A stretch of 64,000 nucleotides of DNA from Nitrospirota bacterium (GTDB lineage Bacteria; Nitrospirota; Thermodesulfovibrionia; Thermodesulfovibrionales; Dissulfurispiraceae). Under the pieces are notes generated by a model. That model saw nothing but the letters and a program-made list of their open reading frames with translations, was not told the DNA's origin and ran no database searches. Below are positions 10,411 to 19,198 of the stretch, one piece after another. The number at the start of each line of letters is the position of its first letter. The first letter of the stretch is position 1. Position numbers and translations under genes: made by a program. Where the stretch lies: contig CAVPZX010000002.1 in the NCBI GenBank assembly GCA_963710375.1, forward strand, positions 416,001 through 480,000, in the 5' to 3' direction.

Positions 10411-10526
10411 CCGTGAATAGTGAAAGGTGAAAAGTGAAAGGTAAAAGCAAACAATAAAGTGCCCTTACTCTTTCATCTTGCTTTATTCTATTCACATTTC
10501 ACTTTTAACTATTCACTTTTCACTTT
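10411..10526. repeat. Inverted tandem-heptamer element (GTGAAAG/GTGAATA family)
   Basis: CCGTGAATAGTGAAAGGTGAAAAGTGAAAGG ... TTCACATTTCACTTTTAACTATTCACTTTTCACTTT; overlaps nadD 3' end. Confidence 0.88.
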
Positions 10527-11225
10527 CTTTATTTGGTATAATTTATGTTTTTTTATATACCTTTCCACTGATGCAGGCAAAAGGTACTTGATACTCCTGT
10601 TCTCCTCAACGAGACGCCGTATGCCGGTCAACGATATATCCATCTGCGTAACCGGCACTAAAAAAGCGCTCCTGCCGCTCACCAACTTCAAAGTCCGTGA
10701 ACCGTGAATCGTGAATCGTGAATCGTTAGAGACACCGTGAACTTCTTCTTTTTTCAATTCACTATTCACTTCTTCACTATTCACATTTTTGATATAGGGT
10801 GAGCCTGCGATGGCATCGAAGCCGAATCCGGGACGCCCTACGATAATAAAATCCGTCATACCTGTGAGTTTTTCCGGCTCCCGCCATTTCGGCATATCGA
10901 GGAAGGCGTCGCTGCCGAGGATAAAAAACAGTTCATCTCCGGGATATCTCTTACAAAGCATTTCAAGAGTATCAACAGTATACGACTTACCCTGCCTGAC
11001 GGCCTCGAAATCGGAAACGATGAAGTCTTTATTGGAAGCAGCAGCAAGGGTTGCCATTGCATATCGGTGTGACGCAGCAACAGCATTGCGCTCCTTAAAA
11101 GGAGGATTCCCGGCGGGCACAAAAATCACTTTGTCAAGCCGGAGTTTATACCTCGCTTCCTCGGCAGTCCTCAGGTGTCCTGAATGAACAGGATTGAATG
11201 TGCCGCCAAAGATACCAAGCCTCAT
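10509..11225 (-). CDS. nadD: Nicotinate-nucleotide adenylyltransferase
   Basis: GIFGGTFNPVHSGH, SYTVDTL, FILGSDAF, DISLTGIR; ~30-aa repeat-derived insertion. Confidence 0.95.
   Translation of the reverse strand: MRLGIFGGTFNPVHSGHLRTAEEARYKLRLDKVIFVPAGNPPFKERNAVAASHRYAMATLAAASNKDFIVSDFEAVRQGKSYTVDTLEMLCKRYPGDELFFILGSDAFLDMPKWREPEKLTGMTDFIIVGRPGFGFDAIAGSPYIKNVNSEEVNSELKKEEVHGVSNDSRFTIHGSRTLKLVSGRSAFLVPVTQMDISLTGIRRLVEENRSIKYLLPASVERYIKKHKLYQIKKVKSE
10695..10785. repeat. Inverted tandem-heptamer element inside nadD coding sequence
   Basis: CCGTGAACCGTGAATCGTGAATCGTGAATCG ... TTCACTATTCACTTCTTCACTATTCACA. Confidence 0.88.
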
Positions 11226-11230
11226 AAAAT

Positions 11231-11390
11231 CGTAAAACGTGAGAAAGAACGTGAATAGTGAATAGTGAATAGTGAAGGGTCAACGGCGTTCACTGCTTTT
11301 TTTCTTGTTTCACTTTCTTCTTTGTTTTTATTCACAGCTTTTTGTCTCTGACTTTCCTATTCACGTTTCACGATTCACGATTCACGTTTT
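11231..11390. repeat. Inverted tandem-heptamer element (GTGAATA family)
   Basis: (GTGAATA)x3 GTGAAGG ... TTCACGTTTCACGATTCACGATTCACG, upstream of nadD. Confidence 0.9.
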
Positions 11391-11669
11391 TTACAGCCCC
11401 ATTTTTTTCAGCGCCTCGTCCCCCTGTCCTTTCATTGCAGGGGCATCTTCCGGGAGGTACAGCATAACTCCGCCCTTTACAGGCCTTATAACGATCTTGC
11501 CTTCATGAGAGAGCTGAGTTGTCACTTTGACCGGGTCTTCGCCTTCAAAGTACTTCTTAAACGCCTCGTTAAAGCCGGAATACACTGTATGTATCCCCTT
11601 ATACCCTTCTTTCCTGAGACTAACAATCGCCTTCTTTACAAAATCTTCGTGTCCCAGCTTCTCTGACAT
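11391..11669 (-). CDS. Hypothetical protein (small, basic)
   Basis: Protein-like ORF with AAGGAGG RBS, co-oriented between proA and nadD; start 11669 or 11675. Confidence 0.8.
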   Translation of the reverse strand: MSEKLGHEDFVKKAIVSLRKEGYKGIHTVYSGFNEAFKKYFEGEDPVKVTTQLSHEGKIVIRPVKGGVMLYLPEDAPAMKGQGDEALKKMGL

Positions 11670-11684
11670 TCTCAATGCCCTCCT

Positions 11685-12941
11685 TTATTCTCGTAATTGT
11701 CCGCACCCTAGGACGACAAACTTTGTACAGGTCAACTCTTCAAGCCCCATCGGCCCTCGCGCATGGATTTTGTCGGTGGATATGCCGATTTCTGCGCCGA
11801 GACCGAATTGATAGCCGTCATTTAAGCGGGTAGATGCATTCACCAGTACAGCAGAAGAGTCCACTTCCCTTAAAAACCTCATTGCCCTCTCATAGTTCGT
11901 GGTGACAATCGTATCAGAGTGGGCTGAACCGTACCTTGCAATATGCTCCATCGCCTCATCAATGTCACCCACTATTTTTACATTCAATACCAGATCAAGG
12001 TATTCGCGGTAATAGTCTTCGTCAGCAATGCCTTTGATATCAGGACACAGAGCAATAGCACGAGGGCACCCGTGCAATTCAACCCCGGCACCCGTGAACC
12101 GCTTTACCATTGGGAGAAGGAAACGCTCTGCAATGGCCTTGTCAACCAGCATTGTTTCCATTGCATTACAGGTCCCAGGTCTTTGCACCTTGGAATTAAA
12201 ACATATTGCCTCCGCCATTGCCAAATCCGCATCCCTGTCAACAAAGACATGACAGACCCCTTTATAATGCTTAAGTACAGGGATTCTCGAATTTTCCGTT
12301 ACAGCTCTAATAAGCCCTTCTCCTCCACGAGGGATAATGAGGTCTATGATGCCCTCCAGTTTCAACATCTCCATGATGGCTTCCCTTTCAGGAATATCTA
12401 TAAACGTGATAGCACCTTCATGAACCCCTTCCGCACTTGCAACGTTCCTTAAAATAGCTGCAGTGGCCCTGTTTGAGTGCAGGGCCTCGGAACCCCCTCT
12501 TAAAATTACCGCATTCCCTGCCTTCAAACACAAGCCGGTTGCATCAACTGTCACACTCGGACGCGCCTCATAAATTATGCCTATTACCCCTATCGGCACT
12601 CTCATCCTGCCAACGGCCATGCCGTTGGGCCGTTGCCGCATTTTGGATATTTCTCCAACGGGATCGGGAAGTTGAGCAACCTCTATGAGCCCTCCCGCCA
12701 TCTCCTCCACCCGTTTTTCAGTCAGGGTCAATCTGTCGATCAACGCCTTTGAAAGACCCTCCTTTTCAGCATATTCGATGTCTTTTTTATTTTCAGCAAT
12801 AAGCTCTTCCCCTCTGGTCCTGAGGGCCTCCGCCATCTTGATTAAAACAGCGTTTTTCCGGCTTGAAGAAGCTTTTGCAAGACTGCGTGCACCTTCTTTA
12901 GCCTCCCTCGCCTTTCCCAAAACAAACGCCTTTATATCCAT
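11685..12941 (-). CDS. proA: Gamma-glutamyl phosphate reductase
   Basis: VPIGVIGIIYEARP, CNAMET, NASTRLNDG, LGAEIGIST, HARGPMGL. Confidence 0.97.
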   Translation of the reverse strand: MDIKAFVLGKAREAKEGARSLAKASSSRKNAVLIKMAEALRTRGEELIAENKKDIEYAEKEGLSKALIDRLTLTEKRVEEMAGGLIEVAQLPDPVGEISKMRQRPNGMAVGRMRVPIGVIGIIYEARPSVTVDATGLCLKAGNAVILRGGSEALHSNRATAAILRNVASAEGVHEGAITFIDIPEREAIMEMLKLEGIIDLIIPRGGEGLIRAVTENSRIPVLKHYKGVCHVFVDRDADLAMAEAICFNSKVQRPGTCNAMETMLVDKAIAERFLLPMVKRFTGAGVELHGCPRAIALCPDIKGIADEDYYREYLDLVLNVKIVGDIDEAMEHIARYGSAHSDTIVTTNYERAMRFLREVDSSAVLVNASTRLNDGYQFGLGAEIGISTDKIHARGPMGLEELTCTKFVVLGCGQLRE

Positions 12942-12955
12942 ACAGCCCCTCCGAT

Positions 12956-13022
12956 GAGACAGGTAGTGGGTAACAAGGAAAGAATAGCATTACTTACTAC
13001 CGTATAACCTAATAACCTAATA
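12956..13022. repeat. Degenerate inverted short-repeat element (AGGTAA/TAACCT type)
   Basis: GAGACAGGTAGTGGGTAACAAGG ... TTACTTACTACCGTATAACCTAATAACCTAAT. Confidence 0.5.
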
Positions 13023-13145
13023 GTAATACAATTATCAAGAAAACAGTGCTAAAAATCAATACATATTTAGACACCCTTACTTCTAAGGCACAGTTTTTAT
13101 AAATATTTGCTATAATAATCGATAACTACTTTTCAGGAGGTTTTT

Positions 13146-13325
13146 ATGGCAACACCTGTTGTTGATCTCGATTTATGCATAGGCTGTGGCTCATGCGTTG
13201 AAGTATGCCCCGAAGTCTTCGAACTCAGGGATGAGAAGGCCTGGGTAATCAGTGATAAGTGCGATACCTGCGATTGCACTGAAGCTGCCAATGTCTGCCC
13301 CAGTGAAGCAATCAAGATCGAGTAA
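13146..13325 (+). CDS. Ferredoxin (59 aa, single-cluster type)
   Basis: AGGAGG RBS; MATPVVDLDLCIGCGSCVEVCPEVFELRDEKAWVISDKCDTCDCTEAANVCPSEAIKIE*; TGCTATAAT extended -10 upstream; below ORF-track cutoff. Confidence 0.93.
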   Translation: MATPVVDLDLCIGCGSCVEVCPEVFELRDEKAWVISDKCDTCDCTEAANVCPSEAIKIE

Positions 13326-13334
13326 ATGAATTGA

Positions 13335-13400
13335 TGAGGTAATGGGTATATGAGTTAATGAGAGACCATCCTCATACTCATATGCCCTCATACTCAAATA
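13335..13400. repeat. Inverted short-repeat element (ATGAG/CTCAT family)
   Basis: ATGAGGTA ATGGGTAT ATGAGTTA ATGAG ... CTCATACTCATATGCCCTCATACTCAAATA between convergent genes. Confidence 0.7.
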
Positions 13401-13960
13401 CTTATTAGCTTTTTTTTCGCCAGTTCAGCAAGACCGTAAATTTTCAAATCTATAAAATCTCCTCTCTCCCGAAAAGCCGCAAGACGCTCATACATAGCCG
13501 AGAGCGGCATTCTTATTATTTCGATATCTTCGGACTCGTCCGGCAGGTATAGTTGTTTGAGCCGGTTAGGCGCAGGAGTTACGTTTTTCGCAAGGAAAAT
13601 AGTCAACACTTCTGTTGAAAGACCTGAAGAAATGGGGCCTTCGGCGAGCAAAATAAATTCCTCGGCAATGCAGCCTGTTTCTTCGACCAACTCCCGCCGG
13701 GCCGCTTCCTGGAGGCTTTCATCTCTGTCATTAAGTCCTGCCGGGAATTCCACGACAAAGCCGTCCATCACCGGCCTGAACTGCCGAACAAACAGGACAT
13801 CACCATCAGCCGTCAACGGAACAATACCAACAATACCCTTGCAGTTCACCCTCTCAATAGCTTCCCAGGTCCGCAAGCTGCCCGTTTTGTCTGCATAGTC
13901 GATGTTGACAGCTCTGAGAAAACTGCCCTCCCAGACAGTGCGCTTATTGATTATGTGCAT
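13394..13960 (-). CDS. NUDIX hydrolase (ADP-ribose pyrophosphatase-like)
   Basis: EFPAGLNDRDESLQEAARRELVEETG Nudix box; VRQFRP. Confidence 0.92.
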   Translation of the reverse strand: MHIINKRTVWEGSFLRAVNIDYADKTGSLRTWEAIERVNCKGIVGIVPLTADGDVLFVRQFRPVMDGFVVEFPAGLNDRDESLQEAARRELVEETGCIAEEFILLAEGPISSGLSTEVLTIFLAKNVTPAPNRLKQLYLPDESEDIEIIRMPLSAMYERLAAFRERGDFIDLKIYGLAELAKKKLISI

Positions 13961-13967
13961 ACCCTGA

Positions 13968-14312
13968 TCATCCCAGAGGCCCGTGCAGCTTGCGTCCGCC
14001 GAGCATATGCAGATGGAAATGATAAACTACCTGTCCGCCATCAGGGTTAGTGTTTGATACGATCCTGAAACCACGTTCTGCAATGCCCTTGTCCATCGCA
14101 AGTTTTTTACAAATTCCCATGAGATGACCCATCAACGCTTTATCCCCATCTCCGGTATCGACAATAGTGGGGATATGCCGTTTAGGAATAACCAGTATAT
14201 GCACAGGGGCCTGAGGGTTTACGTCTTCGAACGCAAGCGCATGCTCGTCCTCATATACTATCTTCGCAGGTATCTTCTTTTCAGCAATCTTACAGAAAAT
14301 ACAGTCACTCAT
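13968..14312 (-). CDS. Histidine triad nucleotide-binding protein
   Basis: DCIFCKI, GQVVYHFHLHMLGGR. Confidence 0.95.
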   Translation of the reverse strand: MSDCIFCKIAEKKIPAKIVYEDEHALAFEDVNPQAPVHILVIPKRHIPTIVDTGDGDKALMGHLMGICKKLAMDKGIAERGFRIVSNTNPDGGQVVYHFHLHMLGGRKLHGPLG

Positions 14313-14330
14313 AAAACCTCCGAATTCAGA

Positions 14331-14430
14331 AATGTTGGATGTTGAATTTTGAATGTTAAATTGTGGAGTGCAAACATTAAATAAATTATTTCCTCCTTAA
14401 TTCGACATTCAGCATTCAACATTCAAAATT
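14331..14430. repeat. Inverted tandem-heptamer element (AATGTTG family)
   Basis: AATGTTGGATGTTGAATTTTGAATGTTAAATT ... AATTCGACATTCAGCATTCAACATTCAAAATT. Confidence 0.88.
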
Positions 14431-14749
14431 ATCCTATCCTTCGATAAAAGCAGGTGCGCTCACCCGTATGGCACGCGCCTTCACCATGCTGTATCACCTT
14501 TACGAGCAGAGTGTCGGCATCGCAGTCGTAGAAAATTTCCTTGACCTCCTGCAAGCTGCCTGATGTTTCGCCCTTTTTCCAGTACTTTTGCCTTGACCTC
14601 GACCAAAAATGAGTAAAGCCTGTCTCGATGGTCGTTTTCAGGGAGGTCTCATTCATATATGCCATCATCAGGATGTCCCCGCTCCGGGCGTCCTGAATAA
14701 TGGCTGGAATAAGACCGTTTGCATCATATTTAAGCTCCGGCAATATCAT
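14429..14749 (-). CDS. hisI: Phosphoribosyl-AMP cyclohydrolase
   Basis: [34 protein letters not shown]. Confidence 0.96.
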   Translation of the reverse strand: MILPELKYDANGLIPAIIQDARSGDILMMAYMNETSLKTTIETGFTHFWSRSRQKYWKKGETSGSLQEVKEIFYDCDADTLLVKVIQHGEGACHTGERTCFYRRIG

Positions 14750-14866
14750 TTATCCACCATCGTTTTATAATACCATTGGCCTGCTTGGTAAAATCAACAA
14801 CCTAACATGATCGGCGAGGGACATGGTACCTCTGTCTCTGTGGTATAATCAAAATAAATTTTTGAT

Positions 14867-15451
14867 ATGTCAAGGAAAAAATTATCAATAAGAATGCTGT
14901 CCCTGCTGTTGTTCCTTGAGCTGATGGTGTTTGTCAGAACAGGCACTGCGGCCGAAATATCCGAGATAAGTTACAAACTGTCTAATAATGAGCTCTATGT
15001 ATCAACCGTTATCAGGCCTGACCAGAAAATTGTGGATGAACTGACTGACGGGTTATCAAAGGAGTTCACTTTTTATATTGATCTCTTCCGGGTATGGCAT
15101 ATCTGGCCGGATGAGTTTGTCCTCGGTCAAAAAATAATAACAACGTTAAAAACCAATCCTATCAAGAGAGAATATACTGCCACCAGGGTCACCGGCAACA
15201 TTTCCCTGCAGAAGCGGTTTAACAACTTGGAAGCAATGATCAATTGGGCAATGGATCTTACCGATATCAAACTGACCAATGTTAAGGAACTTGAGTCTGG
15301 GACTTATTTCATAAAAGTGACTGCCGAATCACGCATTAGGCAGTTGCCACCGGTCATAGGCTACCTCCTCTTTTTTGTGCCGGACAAGGATTTTTCTATT
15401 TCTAAAGACTCCCAAACATTCAAGATAAACAAGAAGGGGACACAGCCATGA
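14867..15451 (+). CDS. DUF4390-type exported protein
   Basis: Signal peptide; typical position upstream of an NtrY/NtrX pair. Confidence 0.7.
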   Translation: MSRKKLSIRMLSLLLFLELMVFVRTGTAAEISEISYKLSNNELYVSTVIRPDQKIVDELTDGLSKEFTFYIDLFRVWHIWPDEFVLGQKIITTLKTNPIKREYTATRVTGNISLQKRFNNLEAMINWAMDLTDIKLTNVKELESGTYFIKVTAESRIRQLPPVIGYLLFFVPDKDFSISKDSQTFKINKKGTQP

Positions 15452-17478
15452 GGCTGATGAAATATTTCTTAACAGTTTCCGGGCTTCTGCTGCTAATCTC
15501 GGCAATAACGACTGTTGAGCTACATTTTATTAAGCTGTCTTCCGTTGACATAACTACACGGTTCATTCTTATCAGCCTGCTCACATTCAATGTGGTCGCG
15601 CTCCTGACATTGATGTTTTTTGTGGGAAAAAACATCTTCAAGCTTTACATGGAAAAACGAAATAAAGTCCTCGGCTACAAGTTCAGAACGAAACTCATGA
15701 CCATTTTTGTCATCCTCACTCTCATACCCTCTTCTTTTCTTTTCATTGCGGCAAGCGGTCTCGCCACTAATTATATCAACCGCATTTTTTCTCCGCAGCT
15801 GAAAGAACCATTTAAAAAATCGATCGAACTCGTCAGGGCTTTTTACGATTTCGGGCGGCAGAGAGTGCTCGCCGCAGCGGAGCATGCCGCGAGCGGGGGC
15901 CAGCCCATTCCCAGCGACATGTCGGTCCATAAATATGCGTCATTGCCGAAGGATGCGACCGACATCGTAAAGGAAGCTTTTAAAGGCATTAAAGGGACCG
16001 AGATTGTCACAACGAGCAAAGGCGATATCATTAGGGCAGCGGTACCGGACCGCTCACATGGCGGCAAAGGAGTAGTAGTTGTAGAACTGCTCCTGCCCAT
16101 GAGTATTTCAGGGAAATCGGAAAGTCTGGAAGAACTCTATGAGGATTACCTGAAGATCGAGACTTTCAGGAACCCGCTGCGGCTGAATTATGTTCTTATA
16201 CTTGGATTTTTCACGCTCCTGATCGTCTTTGCAGGGCTTTGGGTTTCCCTGAAAATATCCGGGGGGATTACCACACCGATTCAGAACCTGGCGATGGCAA
16301 CTGAACAGGTAGCATCCGGCAATCTTGACGTCAAGGTCACTGCAAAGAGCGAAGATGAAATCGGCCTGCTGATTACCTCATTTAATGAAATGGTAAAACA
16401 ACTCAAAGACAGCAAGGAATCTCTCGAAAAGGCATACATTGAGTCGGACAAGAGGAGGCTCTATCTCGAGAACATCCTTGATAATATCAATTCCGGAGTT
16501 ATCTTTCTTGATAATAGCGGGACAATCCTTACCATCAACAAGGCGGCATGCTCCATTCTGAACATCAGGCCAGAGGCCGTTAAGGGGCATAATTACTTGT
16601 CGTTTATCTCGTCGCTTAATTCCAGGGACATTGCAAACATGGTAAAAGAGATGGAAAACAGGGTGGTACGTGAAATAAAACGTGAAGTCAAAGTCAATAT
16701 TGACGGCAGGATCGCCATACTCAGGCTTTTCGTGTCGGGCATCAGGGAATCGTACACATCAAAAGCCATCGGTATGCTCGTGGTCTTCGATGATCTTACC
16801 GATATAATAAAGGCTCAAAAGGTCACAGCCTGGCAGGAGGTTGCCAGGAGATTGGCCCACGAGATAAAAAACCCGCTGACACCTATCAAGCTTTCTACTG
16901 AACGGTTGATAAAGAAATGGCTGCATAAGGACGATGATTTTGACGCTGTGTTTGAGAAATCAACCCGGACGATCATCTCTGAAGTTGAGAGCCTGAGAAA
17001 ATTAGTCGATGTATTCTCCAGTTACGGCAAACTGCCGGAAGTGAACAAGGCACCGGTCAATCTCCCGGACGTGGTCGATTCTGTTGTCGGCCTGTATAAA
17101 GGGTTTAAGGACATAGAAATATCGACCTCAGTGCAGACCGAAATTCCTCTGTTGGAGCTCGATGCTGAGCAGTTCAAGCGGGTAATGGTCAATATCATCG
17201 ATAACGCCATCAAGGCAATGGAAAGCAAAGGCGCTATTGCTATTTCCTTAAATGCGCAAGAAAATAGTAAACTAATGATTGATATAGCCGATACAGGACC
17301 AGGCATAAAGGATGAGGTGAAAGAGAAGTTATTTTTACCCTATTTCTCAGGCAGAAAAGGCGGCACGGGGCTCGGTCTGGCCATAGCGAACAAGATAATA
17401 GCCGACCATGGGGGAAGAATACTGGTCAGGGACAATATCCCCAGGGGAAGCATATTTACCATAGAATTGCCGCTGTGA
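15448..17478 (+). CDS. NtrY-like sensor histidine kinase (HAMP-PAS-HisKA-HATPase)
   Basis: TM segments, DEIGLL HAMP, AWQEVARRLAHEIKNPLTPI, GTGLGLAI. Confidence 0.93.
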   Translation: MRLMKYFLTVSGLLLLISAITTVELHFIKLSSVDITTRFILISLLTFNVVALLTLMFFVGKNIFKLYMEKRNKVLGYKFRTKLMTIFVILTLIPSSFLFIAASGLATNYINRIFSPQLKEPFKKSIELVRAFYDFGRQRVLAAAEHAASGGQPIPSDMSVHKYASLPKDATDIVKEAFKGIKGTEIVTTSKGDIIRAAVPDRSHGGKGVVVVELLLPMSISGKSESLEELYEDYLKIETFRNPLRLNYVLILGFFTLLIVFAGLWVSLKISGGITTPIQNLAMATEQVASGNLDVKVTAKSEDEIGLLITSFNEMVKQLKDSKESLEKAYIESDKRRLYLENILDNINSGVIFLDNSGTILTINKAACSILNIRPEAVKGHNYLSFISSLNSRDIANMVKEMENRVVREIKREVKVNIDGRIAILRLFVSGIRESYTSKAIGMLVVFDDLTDIIKAQKVTAWQEVARRLAHEIKNPLTPIKLSTERLIKKWLHKDDDFDAVFEKSTRTIISEVESLRKLVDVFSSYGKLPEVNKAPVNLPDVVDSVVGLYKGFKDIEISTSVQTEIPLLELDAEQFKRVMVNIIDNAIKAMESKGAIAISLNAQENSKLMIDIADTGPGIKDEVKEKLFLPYFSGRKGGTGLGLAIANKIIADHGGRILVRDNIPRGSIFTIELPL

Positions 17479-17480
17479 AA

Positions 17481-17596
17481 ACAGGTTAAGATTGAGGTTA
17501 AGGTTAAGAAAAAACTAAAAACCATGAATCAAAAAATTCAGTTTTACATATTATCTGTTATGTATTATCTTAACCTCAACCTTAGCCTTAACCTGT
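17481..17596. repeat. Inverted tandem-hexamer element (AGGTTA/AGGTTG family)
   Basis: ACAGGTTAAGATTGAGGTTAAGGTTAAGA ... TCTTAACCTCAACCTTAGCCTTAACCTGT. Confidence 0.92.
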
Positions 17597-17612
17597 CTTT
17601 AGGGAGTTTAGC

Positions 17613-19001
17613 GTGAATAAAGAAGTTATACTGATTGTAGATGACGAGGAAGGCATCAGAGAAAGCCTTTCCGGAATATTCGAGGACGAAGGGTATGAAG
17701 TAGTGACGGCTGCTTCCGGCGAGGAGGCGTTGGACATCATCAAAGAACATATGCCATATATTCTTCTTCTTGATGTCTGGCTGCCCGGAATGGACGGTCT
17801 TGAAACCCTGTCAAAAGTAAAAGAAATTGATAATGACATACCGGTCATTATCATTTCGGGGCACGGCAATATCGAACTCGCTGTCAAGGCGATCAGGCTG
17901 GGCGCCTATGACTTTCTCGAAAAACCCCTTTCCCTTGAAAAAGTGCTCATCGTCACAAAAAGGGCGCTCGAAAAAAAACAGCTCGAAACGGAAAACCGTG
18001 CCCTCAGGGCGGACTTAACAAAAAAATGCACTTTGATCGGGGATTCGCAAAAAATGACTGCGTTAAAACAACAGATAGACATGGCAGCCCAGAGCAACAG
18101 CAGGGTGCTTATATTGGGAGAAAGCGGTACCGGCAAAGAGCTTGTTGCCCGCCTGCTGCACGAGAATAGTGCCCGCGTCCGAGGGCCATTTGTAGAGGTA
18201 AACTGTGCTGCAATACCTCAGGAACTGATAGAAAGCGAATTGTTCGGCCACGAAAAAGGCTCGTTCACCGGTGCGACTGAGAGGAAAATTGGAAAGTTCG
18301 AGCTTGCTGACAAAGGCACATTGTTCCTCGATGAGGTTGGCGATATGACCCTTCAGACCCAGGCAAAGGTGCTCAGGGTGATTGAAACTCAGGTATTTCA
18401 GCGGGTAGGCGGCAGCAAGAACATAAAGGTTGATGTGAGGCTGATAGCCGCCACAAATAAAGACATTGCCGAGGAAGTCAGGAAGGGGAATTTCAGAGAG
18501 GACCTCTTCTTCAGGCTTAATGTGATTCCCCTGACATTGCCGACTTTGCGCGAACGTCTTGAGGACATACCGCAGCTTACTCATCACTTCATCGAATCGT
18601 TTGCTTTCGAAAACGGGATGAGACAGAAAAGTATAGCCCCTGATGCGCTTAAGCTCTTTCAAAACTATGATTGGCCCGGCAATATCAGAGAACTGAAAAA
18701 CATTGTCGAACGGCTTATAATAATGGTGCCTTCGCCAACCGTCACAGGGGAGGACATTGAAGCTCTGGGAATGTTCAGGCCATCCCGGACATCCGGGGAA
18801 GGGCTGTCCTTAAAAGAATATGACTATTTCAACCGTAAAACGCTGAAAGATGCACGGGACGCATTTGAAAAAGACTTTATTGTAAAAAAACTGGAAGAAA
18901 ACAACTGGAACATATCAAGGACCTCTGAAGCCATTGCCATAGAACGAAGCAATCTCCACAAAAAAATTAAAGCTTATGATATTAACGTTTCGCAGAACTG
19001 A
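17613..19001 (+). CDS. NtrX-like sigma54-dependent response regulator
   Basis: Receiver [47 protein letters not shown]. Confidence 0.94.
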   Translation: MNKEVILIVDDEEGIRESLSGIFEDEGYEVVTAASGEEALDIIKEHMPYILLLDVWLPGMDGLETLSKVKEIDNDIPVIIISGHGNIELAVKAIRLGAYDFLEKPLSLEKVLIVTKRALEKKQLETENRALRADLTKKCTLIGDSQKMTALKQQIDMAAQSNSRVLILGESGTGKELVARLLHENSARVRGPFVEVNCAAIPQELIESELFGHEKGSFTGATERKIGKFELADKGTLFLDEVGDMTLQTQAKVLRVIETQVFQRVGGSKNIKVDVRLIAATNKDIAEEVRKGNFREDLFFRLNVIPLTLPTLRERLEDIPQLTHHFIESFAFENGMRQKSIAPDALKLFQNYDWPGNIRELKNIVERLIIMVPSPTVTGEDIEALGMFRPSRTSGEGLSLKEYDYFNRKTLKDARDAFEKDFIVKKLEENNWNISRTSEAIAIERSNLHKKIKAYDINVSQN

Positions 19002-19010
19002 TCCATGAGG

Positions 19011-19191
19011 GCAATTCAGACAATACAGGGTAATTTTTCTTTGCGAGCGATTAGCCCTATGTGCCAGTTCTGCTGTCTATACGGAAAATCATCCATGTTC
19101 GAGTTGTATATGTGGGCTCGGCGTTACTCGCCCACTGCAGATAACCCAGACGCTCGACTGCAGAAAAACAACCCTGCACTGTCCGAATTGC
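19011..19191. repeat. 181-bp palindromic element (MITE-like or structured ncRNA)
   Basis: 30-bp terminal inverted arms with 25/30 identity; internal CGAGCG/CGCTCG and GTGGGC/GCCCAC pairings. Confidence 0.7.
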
Positions 19192-19198
19192 AATATCA

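Noticed and set aside
13133..13397. Two small minus-strand ORFs
   Set aside because: They are shadows of the plus-strand ferredoxin.
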